This document shows positions 48,416 through 56,904 of a DNA stretch of 64,000 nt, one piece after another. How positions within the stretch are numbered: position 1 is the first letter of the stretch; the number at the start of each line of letters is the position of its first letter. The stretch is from Candidatus Aminicenantes bacterium (GTDB lineage Bacteria > Acidobacteriota > Aminicenantia > Aminicenantales > Saccharicenantaceae): positions 5,296 through 69,295 of the forward strand of contig CAVSAI010000023.1 in the NCBI GenBank assembly GCA_963725825.1, in the 5' to 3' direction. The notes under the pieces were generated by a model. It searched no databases and was not told the origin of the DNA. It saw only the letters and a list, made by a program, of their open reading frames with translations. The position numbers and the translations under genes are program-made.

Positions 48416-49597
48416 TCAGTCAACCGTCCACTGGAGCGAGTAGACCAGGACCTCAGGGAAGCCGCTGGGCTTCTCCCGGACGCAATAGAGGCGGTCGTTC
48501 TTGATAATGACGTCCCGCAGGGGTGGCCCGAGTTGGAGCCTCTGATAGCCCAGGGCCGTTCTGAGGACGCGAACGCCGCCCGGCGAGAACATGTCGCAGA
48601 CGCCGGCGCCTGTCGCCTGGTTTTGCCCATATCCGACGGCATAGAGCCGGTCATGATCGTCTGTGAGGAGGGCCAGGAACGGCGGGAATGTTCTTGGAAA
48701 GACTAGGTTCTTCCAGAACGGGTGGTTCGGGGGGAGCGAATGGAGGATCTCCTCACGGAATCCGTGAGGGACGTCGACCGCCGGATAGTCCGCCAATATC
48801 TTACGGATCAGGCGGCCACTCAAGTCATAGACCTCGATCTCGCGACTCGAGGCCATAGTCGTCAAGAAAAAGGAGGTTCGCGAAACCGCGACGAGGGGGA
48901 AATCGATGAAGATGGTCTTGAGCTCGTCCTCGACCGGAACGGGATACGCCTTCAGCTCTCGCCGCCTGGAAAAATCCGGGCCGAACAAGCCGACGCCGTA
49001 TGAAGAGAATTCGAGAGTCTCCGGTTTCACTCGGATATAGGCAATGACATAATCCCCGTTGGCGAGCGGCAAGAAGCCGTGCGGAAAGGGAAAAAGGAGG
49101 TCCGGCAGAGCGACCGTGCGAACCGCCGTCCCCTCCGCGTTGAAGAACAGGACCTTCCGGCCGCCCAGGCTGACCACAGGGATCTCTCCCCTGGCATTCA
49201 GCCGCATGAACCGGGGATTCTGCACCTCTCCGGGCCCCTGGCCGATAGGGCAAAATGACCGCACGAACCGGCCGCGGTCGTCGAACACGAAAACGGCATT
49301 CCCCGAGGTCGCGCTGCGCCGGAACAAGAGGATGCGCCGTTGCGAATCGACGTCGAGGTTCTCGATATCCGTCAGTCCAGTCGCCGCGACGGCGTCCTCC
49401 TCTATGTCGATCCTGAACTCTTCCCTCAGGGACAAGGCCCGCGGCTCTCCCTTGACCGAGTAGATGCCGGCGCCGTTCTCCACGATCTCAACGCCGTCCT
49501 GGAGTGTCCTCGTGGGGCCCTCATGATCGCCGCCGCAAGCGCAGAGGATCGCCGTTGCCGCAATTACGAAGGATCTTGATCTCAGCCGTTCCCACAT
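48416..49597 (-). CDS. 6-bladed beta-propeller lipoprotein (BF3164-like family)
   Basis: Lipobox AILCACGG. Repeated hydrophobic-Asp-x-x-Gly blade pattern (VFDDRGRF, FFNAEGT, VYDLSGRLI). Confidence 0.7.
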   Translation of the reverse strand: MWERLRSRSFVIAATAILCACGGDHEGPTRTLQDGVEIVENGAGIYSVKGEPRALSLREEFRIDIEEDAVAATGLTDIENLDVDSQRRILLFRRSATSGNAVFVFDDRGRFVRSFCPIGQGPGEVQNPRFMRLNARGEIPVVSLGGRKVLFFNAEGTAVRTVALPDLLFPFPHGFLPLANGDYVIAYIRVKPETLEFSSYGVGLFGPDFSRRRELKAYPVPVEDELKTIFIDFPLVAVSRTSFFLTTMASSREIEVYDLSGRLIRKILADYPAVDVPHGFREEILHSLPPNHPFWKNLVFPRTFPPFLALLTDDHDRLYAVGYGQNQATGAGVCDMFSPGGVRVLRTALGYQRLQLGPPLRDVIIKNDRLYCVREKPSGFPEVLVYSLQWTVD

Positions 49598-49609
49598 TGC
49601 CCTGAGCCG

Positions 49610-49638
49610 ATTCTAGCCATCGCCCGGCCGGATAGCAA
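49610..49638 (-). promoter_or_regulatory. Promoter TTGCTA-N17-TAGAAT (near-leaderless) for the beta-propeller gene
   Basis: -10 is the complement of 49610-49615 and -35 is the complement of 49633-49638. The ATG is 12 nt after the -10. Confidence 0.45.
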
Positions 49639-49746
49639 GTTCATATCGTGATGCGAAAGTCCGGTTTTGACAATGTTCGCCATCCGGGCCTGGCCAGCTC
49701 TTTTCTGCTCGACCCGACGCGGGCGTTTGTCAAGAGGAAAATGGAA

Positions 49747-49890
49747 TCAGGCCTTCCGAACGACCACGACCTGTAACTTGCGGCGCTCTTTGCGGAGATC
49801 CAAGCCGAGCTGATCTCGGACAGCCCCGCGGAGGCTTTCGTAGTCCTTCTCGACAGCCTTCAGGTCGTAGGTGTAGTTCTCCTGCCGAAG
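49747..49890 (-). pseudogene. Start-less 47-codon gene fragment
   Basis: Reads ..RQENYTYDLKAVEKDYESLRGAVRDQLGLDLRKERRKLQVVVVRKA*. There is no start codon. It is bracketed by copies B and C of the 40-nt motif. Confidence 0.4.
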
Positions 49891-49920
49891 GCATTTGTCA
49901 AGAGGAAAATCGATGGGAGA

Positions 49921-50412
49921 TTATTTCGTCAGTTTCTTGGCCGCGGCCCGGAGATACTTGAGATCCTCCAGGTCCTTGGGCCGCCCGACGGCCTTCTTGT
50001 TCTTGATCAAGGCAGCCAGGCCTATGTAGCGAACATCGACTTTTTTCCCCCGGATCAGCAATTGTTCAGTGATCCGGTCCTTCCAGGCCTCGTCGAATCC
50101 GACGCCGGAGATCGTGTTGTGCAGGTCGATCCGATTCGGGGGAAATCCAAACTGAACGATCTGCCCTCTTCGGGCCAGGTCGCCCGCGGATCCTATCCCG
50201 GGCACGTCTCCTGACCAGAATTCCCGGAGAGCGGCATACAGGGCCCGGCAATTCTTGAGGGACGGCTCATAGAACAGGTCGATGTCGCCCGTCAGCCGGG
50301 CAAAGCCGTGGTAGATGACCGCTTCCGCCCCGACGATGAGAAGACGGACCCCGTGCTTTTGGAGATGGACGAGCAGATCCAGAACATCCCGGGAGAAATG
50401 AGAGGGAGTCAT
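49921..50412 (-). CDS. Nucleotidyltransferase-fold protein (MNT/AbiEii-like)
   Basis: IVGAEAVIYHG...GDIDLFY carries the G-x-x-A ... DxD pattern. Length is 163 aa. Confidence 0.65.
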   Translation of the reverse strand: MTPSHFSRDVLDLLVHLQKHGVRLLIVGAEAVIYHGFARLTGDIDLFYEPSLKNCRALYAALREFWSGDVPGIGSAGDLARRGQIVQFGFPPNRIDLHNTISGVGFDEAWKDRITEQLLIRGKKVDVRYIGLAALIKNKKAVGRPKDLEDLKYLRAAAKKLTK

Positions 50413-50567
50413 TTAGCTGCCTCGGCGCTCCGGATCCGGGGAGAATTCTTACCATAAAATCTCTTGCGCAGCACCCGAGCGATGCGCTGGCGCGCTTCGG
50501 GGCTTAGGCCGATATAATATTGGATGTCCGAAGCTTCCTGGTCCTCGAAGCTACTGAATACTTTGAT
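50409..50567 (-). CDS. Small partner protein of the nucleotidyltransferase. The native start appears replaced by the repeat R1 terminus
   Basis: KVFSSFEDQEASDIQYYIGLSPEARQRIARVL.., with ATGA overlap to the NTase gene. Upstream in-frame codons belong to repeat R1, and there is no canonical start after the junction. Confidence 0.4.
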   Translation of the reverse strand: MKVFSSFEDQEASDIQYYIGLSPEARQRIARVLRKRFYGKNSPRIRSAEAAK

Positions 50568-50966
50568 TGATAGGAAATTCCTTTTCGCGCTCGACGAGAA
50601 ATCTCGGGTCAGGGACTTCCGATTAACCTTTCCCATCTCGACAAGGAGGGTATCACCGCCCCGAGCCGATGTCAATTTCTTGCGATTGAGCCGATCCGGC
50701 TGCCAGCGGGCGGATGAGCGGGGGGTCATCCTGAAACGGGGCCAATTAGGGCCAGACCATCTCCCTCTCCCGAGGTGCCTCTATTCATATTCCCCGCTCT
50801 CCTCGGCCGCCATCAGGACGACCTGCTCGAACGCATGGGCGGGCGGCGGCTTTGCGGCCGCGAACGTCAACTCCAGGTGACGAATGATCCGGTCGACGAC
50901 CGCGTACTCGGTCAGGAACGCAACGACTCTCATCCTCCCACCGCACCGGGGGCAGATCAGCGGGTC
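50565..50966 (-). mobile_element. Repeat R1: IS91-family-like transposase C-terminal remnant (~60 codons) plus ~216-bp terminus
   Basis: DPLICPRCGGRMRVVAFLTEYAVVDRIIRHLELTFAAAKPPP..EYE* at 50781-50966, then a non-coding end finishing in AAGGAATTTCCTATCAATC. Positions 50565-50796 are nearly identical to 57921-58152. Confidence 0.6.
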
Positions 50967-51358
50967 CACTCCCCGCTCAGGACTTGGACCAGGGTCGGAT
51001 CGCCCGCGCCGTCTTTCTGCGGAAAATTCGTGGCCGGCAGGCCCGCCTGATGTGTCAGCAACAAACGAAGGGTGACCTTCTGCCGCCGCGTCAAGTCGCT
51101 GTCCGGCAGCTTCCAGGACTTGAGATAGGCATTGATATCCTCGTCCAGGCTCAGGATCCCCTTTTCGACAAAGTGGAGGACGATCGCGGCCGTCACGAAT
51201 TTCGACGTCGAAGCCGCCTCGAAGCAGGAGTCCGCGGCCACGGGCCTGTCGCCGCCTGCTCTGAGGACGCCATAGGCCTTGGCCCATTCGATCCTAAAAG
51301 CCGTCGGATCGACTGAGAAGATCCGCGCCCTTGGGACGTCCCTTAGAAAGAAAGGAGA
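50957..51358 (-). pseudogene. Beta-lactamase-family serine hydrolase fragment (both ends missing)
   Basis: AYGVLRAGGDRPVAADSCFEAASTSKFVTAAIVLHFVEKGILSLDEDINAYL contains the S-x-x-K motif. There is an in-frame stop upstream and no N-terminus. The 3' side runs into the R1 transposase remnant. Confidence 0.55.
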
Positions 51359-51363
51359 CTCTC

Positions 51364-51702
51364 ATGAGCCAGTCCTCCCCTTTTTCCGATCCTCCCTTGC
51401 CCTTTCCGATCAAGGTCGTGCCCTCGGCGACCGGGCCGGTCCGGATCTATGAGATCCCGGACGACCAAAAGAAAACGATCCTCGAGCAGCTCTATATCTT
51501 CAGGCCGGTCCCATCTCTCGACGACGTCATGCAGGACATCCACGCCGAAAAGCGGTTCAGGGTCCGCGAGTTCCTGGTGGCCAGGGAAGGCGGGATGAAC
51601 GTTCTCGCGAGCCCCTACTATCTCGAGTCCGGGGGGACGGTCATCGACTGGGAGCTGGTCCGGAGGGCCCGGAAACGAGCTTCGAAGGTCGCATCTGGCT
51701 AA
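51364..51702 (+). CDS. Hypothetical protein
   Basis: ATG at 51364 follows AAAGGAGA. 112 aa; no family recognised. Confidence 0.45.
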   Translation: MSQSSPFSDPPLPFPIKVVPSATGPVRIYEIPDDQKKTILEQLYIFRPVPSLDDVMQDIHAEKRFRVREFLVAREGGMNVLASPYYLESGGTVIDWELVRRARKRASKVASG

Positions 51703-51860
51703 ATCGGCCAGACTTTTCGGCGGGAGTCCTCACGGATCCCGGCAGCCGCCTTTTGGAGCTCGACGACGATCTCGATCTTCTTCTCGAACGGCAGCTTGGC
51801 CAATTGGCGCCGGCGATCTCGCTTCTGCCGAAAGATACGCTCTGCGGCCTTATTCTTCAC
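51699..51860 (-). CDS. Possible 53-aa basic protein overlapping the 3' end of the second nucleotidyltransferase gene
   Basis: GTG at 51860 lies in the +1 frame of the NTase stop (GTGAAGAATAA). It reads VKNKAAERIFRQKRDRRRQLAKLPFEKKIEIVVELQKAAAGIREDSRRKVWPI. It is below the ORF-track cut-off. Confidence 0.35.
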   Translation of the reverse strand: MKNKAAERIFRQKRDRRRQLAKLPFEKKIEIVVELQKAAAGIREDSRRKVWPI

Positions 51861-52356
51861 GGAAACCCTTCTCGATCCTCCTCAGCTTGTCGGCCAGTCC
51901 GTGCTCTTCGAGGATCTTGTCGAGGACGGCCCTGTCGATGGCCGCTTCTTCCAAGAGCCGGACGACGCGCTCCCTATCCTTCGCGCGTCCGGTCTGCAGG
52001 GCGATGGCAGCCAGATATTCCGCTTTGACGACCTTGGCCTCGGTATCGCGGTATTTCAGCGTCGTGGCGCGGGTGACGGCCTCCCGGACGAGGGCATTGT
52101 AGGCCGGGATGAACTGGACGGGAAAGCCCTCAATGAGGAGGGCTTCGGCCTGTTCGGCATAGGCGCGGCTGCGGGCAAACTCATAAATGGGAGCGAGCTC
52201 GTCCAGCCCCTCCTTGACGGGGAGGAAAAAGACGTCCAGATCATAGGTTAGGACGGGTTCTATGTAATAGGTCGCCGCGATGCCGCCGCCGATGGCGTAA
52301 GCCTTGATGATCCCCAGGCGGGTCATCTCTTCGATGACTTGAAGGGTCTTTTCCAT
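51850..52356 (-). CDS. Nucleotidyltransferase-fold protein (second copy, diverged)
   Basis: ATG at 52356 inside ORF 51850..52485. The core is AYAIGGGIAATYY...YDLDVFF. A TATAAT (complement of 52375-52380) lies 18 nt upstream. Confidence 0.6.
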   Translation of the reverse strand: MEKTLQVIEEMTRLGIIKAYAIGGGIAATYYIEPVLTYDLDVFFLPVKEGLDELAPIYEFARSRAYAEQAEALLIEGFPVQFIPAYNALVREAVTRATTLKYRDTEAKVVKAEYLAAIALQTGRAKDRERVVRLLEEAAIDRAVLDKILEEHGLADKLRRIEKGFREE

Positions 52357-52395
52357 GGGGAGCTCTCGGGATCGATTATAATTGAAATCCCCCTG

Positions 52396-52436
52396 AAAAC
52401 AAAAAAGGGCGGATGCCCCTTTCGGGAAATCCGCCT
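52396..52436 (-). terminator. Rho-independent terminator after the NmrA-like gene
   Basis: Minus strand reads GGCGGATTTCCCGAAAGGGGCATCCGCC followed by CTTTTTTGTTTT. Confidence 0.7.
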
Positions 52437-52450
52437 TCACACCTGTCTGT

Positions 52451-53308
52451 CTATCGCGCAAGCATCCTGGCGATAAATCCCGCAACGTCAGTCGGCGGGC
52501 GCTTGAGCAACATGGTCAGGACATGCGGATTGCCAGTGAGCCCGTGCTGTTCATAGTAGCGGAACATCGTCGCCAGCGTTTGCACGCCGTGATCCGGCAT
52601 GCCGTGGTTGCGCATCCGCTGCGCCCATTTGTCGATATCGAGGTTCTCAGCAGTAACCGGGCGACCCAACGTCTGGCTGAGAGTACCGGCGATCTCTGCG
52701 GCAATGAGCACTGCCGGGCCGCTCAATTCATAGGTGGCAAAAAGGTGGCCGTCTTCCGTGAGCACGCGCACGGCCACTTCCGCCACGTCATCCAGATCCA
52801 CCAGCGACATACCGGCATGCAGTCCAAAGAAGCTGGCGAAAATCCCCTGTTCGACGATCCGCGACCATATCTCCCGCAGGTTCTGCATGAAGGCGGCCGG
52901 CTGGAGGATCGTGAAGGGGAGATTCGATTGGATCAGCGCCATTTCCACACGAAGCTTCTGCGCATGATGGGGCATGGCCTCGATCTGCGGATGTAGCACC
53001 GAGTGGTAGACAAAGCGGGCCACGTGTGCTTCACTGGCCAGCGCGATCATCCGCTGCCCGATAGCCGCTTCATCTGGCTGCACGGGCGGGCAGATATGAT
53101 AAACGGCGTCGATGCCCTGCAAAGCCTCTCTGAGCGATTGGTCATCACGCAGGTCACCGACCACCACATCCGTGGCGCCAAGTTCCTGCAATGGCGCCAC
53201 CTGTTCCTGCCGATGAACCAGAGCCCGCGTCGCTACGCCTGCCTGTGCGAGGGCACGCACGACGGCTTGTCCGGTCTTCCCGCTCGCACCCGTAACAAGG
53301 ATCAACAT
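52451..53308 (-). CDS. NmrA-like / atypical SDR NAD(P)-binding protein
   Basis: MLILVTGASGKTGQAVVRAL Rossmann start. 285 aa. GC is visibly lower than in the flanks. Confidence 0.8.
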   Translation of the reverse strand: MLILVTGASGKTGQAVVRALAQAGVATRALVHRQEQVAPLQELGATDVVVGDLRDDQSLREALQGIDAVYHICPPVQPDEAAIGQRMIALASEAHVARFVYHSVLHPQIEAMPHHAQKLRVEMALIQSNLPFTILQPAAFMQNLREIWSRIVEQGIFASFFGLHAGMSLVDLDDVAEVAVRVLTEDGHLFATYELSGPAVLIAAEIAGTLSQTLGRPVTAENLDIDKWAQRMRNHGMPDHGVQTLATMFRYYEQHGLTGNPHVLTMLLKRPPTDVAGFIARMLAR

Positions 53309-53342
53309 CTATTCCCTCCATCATCCGAACCAAACACAATTT

Positions 53343-53685
53343 ATAGGTAATCCCTTTTGCGCTTGGTTTGAGATCGCCCGTCTCGGGCTCGGAATCAACC
53401 CTTCCCTTCACAGAAAGAGGATATCCCGGCCCCCGACAGAAGTCAACATCTCGACATTGCGCTTACCTGGCAGATTGGCGGGCAACGGATCGGGTGGGTG
53501 ATCCTGAAATCGGGTCAAATGAGGCCAGGCCACTCCCCTCTCCCAGACGCCGGCTATTCGTATTCCTTGCTCTCCTCGCCCGCCATCAGGGCGGCCTGTT
53601 CGAGGACACGAAGCGGCGGCGGCTTCTCGGCCGCGAACGTCAACTCCAGGTGACGGATGAACTCGGTCGAATATGCCGACTCAAA
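53343..53685 (-). mobile_element. Repeat R3: diverged copy (43-codon transposase tail plus ~210-bp terminus)
   Basis: SAYSTEFIRHLELTFAAEKPPPLRVLEQAALMAGEESKEYE* at 53554-53685. The non-coding part is roughly three-quarters identical by eye to R1 and ends in ..GGGATTACCTATAA. Confidence 0.55.
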
Positions 53686-53693
53686 TCAAGAAT

Positions 53694-53720
53694 GGGGACA
53701 CGTACCAGGTACATGTCCCC
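53694..53720. repeat. 27-nt palindrome GGGGACACGTACC-A-GGTACATGTCCCC
   Basis: It has the same ATGGGGACACGTACC left arm as dnaE2 insert E2. It sits between the R3 remnant and a terminator module. Confidence 0.75.
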
Positions 53721-53740
53721 GAGATGAAATCCCCTTGGAA

Positions 53741-53780
53741 AATAAAAAAGGGCGGATGCCCCTTCCGGGATATCCGCCCT
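53741..53780 (-). terminator. Rho-independent terminator after the RRM remnant
   Basis: Minus strand reads GGGCGGATATCCCGGAAGGGGCATCCGCCC followed by TTTTTTATTTT. It is about 90% identical by eye to the 52396-52436 module. Confidence 0.7.
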
Positions 53781-53814
53781 TTGGCGTTCGAATAAAGTCA
53801 GCTAGAAGCTGAGA

Positions 53815-53993
53815 TCAGTACCGGCCGCCGCCGCCGCCTCTGCCGCCGCCGCCGCCCGTGCGGGGCCGGTCGGTGCGGGGCCGGGCTTCATTGACCGTCA
53901 GGGGACGGCCCTTGAGGTCCTTGCCGTTAAGGCCCGAGATGGCCTTGTCGGCCTCTTCCTTGTTCGGCATCTCGACGAAGCCGAAACCGCCCG
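53815..53993 (-). pseudogene. 3' half of an RRM-type RNA-binding protein gene (N-terminal RNP2 half missing)
   Basis: GFGFVEMPNKEEADKAISGLNGKDLKGRPLTVNEARPRTDRPRTGGGGGRGGGGGRY* parallels residues 43 onward of the intact gene at 63564. Confidence 0.65.
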
Positions 53994-54521
53994 GCCCCAG
54001 CCGCCGAAGAGACATGTCACATAGACGGCGTCGTTGGCCCCGGCGTCGAATTCGGCTTCGACCCGCGTCCAGTCCTGAGTGCCCGTGACCGGCGGCGTCC
54101 GCCAGTCCCCTTCTCCGTCGATATTGATCTGGGCGCCCCGGCTCTTCCCGGGAACCAGGTTCTCGGTCTTGATCCATCCGCTCAGCCTGTAGCGCGAATA
54201 GGGCCGGATGGGGACGGTGGCGACCCACGAGGCGTCGGCGCCCTTCTCGGAGGAGATCATGACGCTCCGGCTCCCCGCATGTCCGGCTGGCTCGACGGCG
54301 AAGACAGCGTCGCTTCCACGCTGCCAGTTGCGGGAAGTCCATCCCTTGGGCTTCTCGCCGGCCATCTCTTCGAAGGAGCCGTTGGCGACGAATTGCGTGA
54401 CGCCGGCCAGCTCCTCATCGGTGCGGGGCGCCTTTGTCTTGCACGTTACGAGCGAAAACAGCATCCCGCAAGCGGCCAGGACCGTAAGGGCTTGTGCGAT
54501 AGGATAACGGGGGGTGTTCAT
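53898..54521 (-). CDS. CBM/galactose-binding-like lipoprotein with its 3' end replaced by out-of-frame RRM gene sequence (chimera)
   Basis: ATG at 54521 follows GGAAGGAGGA. Lipobox-like LAACGM. The GSFEE...GWTSRNW...YRLSGWIKTENL fold ends abruptly at CLFGGWG, then 31 Arg/Ser/Thr-rich codons follow. Confidence 0.5.
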   Translation of the reverse strand: MNTPRYPIAQALTVLAACGMLFSLVTCKTKAPRTDEELAGVTQFVANGSFEEMAGEKPKGWTSRNWQRGSDAVFAVEPAGHAGSRSVMISSEKGADASWVATVPIRPYSRYRLSGWIKTENLVPGKSRGAQINIDGEGDWRTPPVTGTQDWTRVEAEFDAGANDAVYVTCLFGGWGRAVSASSRCRTRKRPTRPSRALTARTSRAVP

Positions 54522-54680
54522 CATTCCTCCTTCCGGTCCGGACGGCCCTCGGCTGGGGGTGGAACCTGGCGTTATGGATCCCCGACAGGCCGCGGACGGC
54601 AAGGGAGAATGTATCTTGGCTTCCGCCGCGTGTCAACGCCGCGCTTGACAGGGGACCCGAGTCCGGGTAACCCTTATCTC

Positions 54681-55265
54681 ATGTTCCTGTTCTTCGATTG
54701 CGAGACGACGGGGCTTCCTCGGATCCGCTATTTCTCGCCCGAGGTTGCCGACGAGTGGCCCCGCATCGTCCAGCTCGCTTGGGCCCGTTACGACGCCCAG
54801 GGACGCCCGGGCCCGGTCCAAAGCCATATCGTCCGGCCCGAGGGCTTCACCATCCCCGCCGACTCGACGCGCATCCACGGCATCTCCGACGCCCAGGCCC
54901 GGAAGGTCGGGCGCGAGCTTTCCGATGTCCTCGACGAGTTCGTCGCCGAGGTCGAGCGGCCGGCGACGACGCTGGTCGCCCACAACTTCGATTACGACCG
55001 CGGCGTCGTCGGGGGCGAGCTCGTCCGGACGCGCAAGTCCCTCCGCTTCCTGGAGCTGCCGTCGGTGTGCACGATGAAGCGGACGACCGACATCGTCGGC
55101 CTGCCGAGGCCGGGCGGCCCCGGATATAAATGGCCGACGCTCGAGGAGCTCCACACCTACGTCTTCGGCTTCTCCTACGAGGGGGCCCACGACGCCGCGA
55201 GCGACCTCGAGGCCTGCGCCCGGTCCTTCTTCAAGCTCCGCGCCGTCGGCCACTTCCGGATCTAG
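54681..55265 (+). CDS. DEDDh 3'-5' exonuclease (DnaQ/epsilon-like)
   Basis: ATG at 54681 inside ORF 54279..55265. Exo I is FFDCETTG, Exo II is LVAHNFDYD, and Exo III is GAHDAASDLEA. Confidence 0.8.
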   Translation: MFLFFDCETTGLPRIRYFSPEVADEWPRIVQLAWARYDAQGRPGPVQSHIVRPEGFTIPADSTRIHGISDAQARKVGRELSDVLDEFVAEVERPATTLVAHNFDYDRGVVGGELVRTRKSLRFLELPSVCTMKRTTDIVGLPRPGGPGYKWPTLEELHTYVFGFSYEGAHDAASDLEACARSFFKLRAVGHFRI

Positions 55266-55272
55266 ACGAGAC

Positions 55273-55363
55273 TTTTTTTTATGGGAATTCCCTTATCGCG
55301 CTCGGCGTGAGATCGCTGGCCGCGGAATCCAAAGCAACCCGTCCCTCACCTCTCCCAGGCGCC
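55273..55363 (-). mobile_element. Repeat R5: ~90-bp miniature derivative of repeat R
   Basis: The minus strand starts directly after the AKR stop with GGCGCCTGGGAGAGG (R1 has AGGCACCTCGGGAGAGG) and ends in ..GAGCGCGATAAGGGAATTCCCATAA (R1 has ..GAGCGCGAAAAGGAATTTCCTATCAA). Confidence 0.5.
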
Positions 55364-56870
<1,507 letters not shown>

Positions 56871-56904
56871 CACGCGACTCTCCTTTCTTTCTATCCCGGC
56901 GACT

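Noticed and set aside
50409-50729. 106-aa ORF, and its twin at 57828..58085 (85 aa), starting MTPRSSARWQPDRLNRKKL..
   Set aside because: The shared N-terminal ~55 aa are simply repeat R1/R2 read in one frame. In R2 the frame runs on into unrelated junk, so the repeat is not coding.
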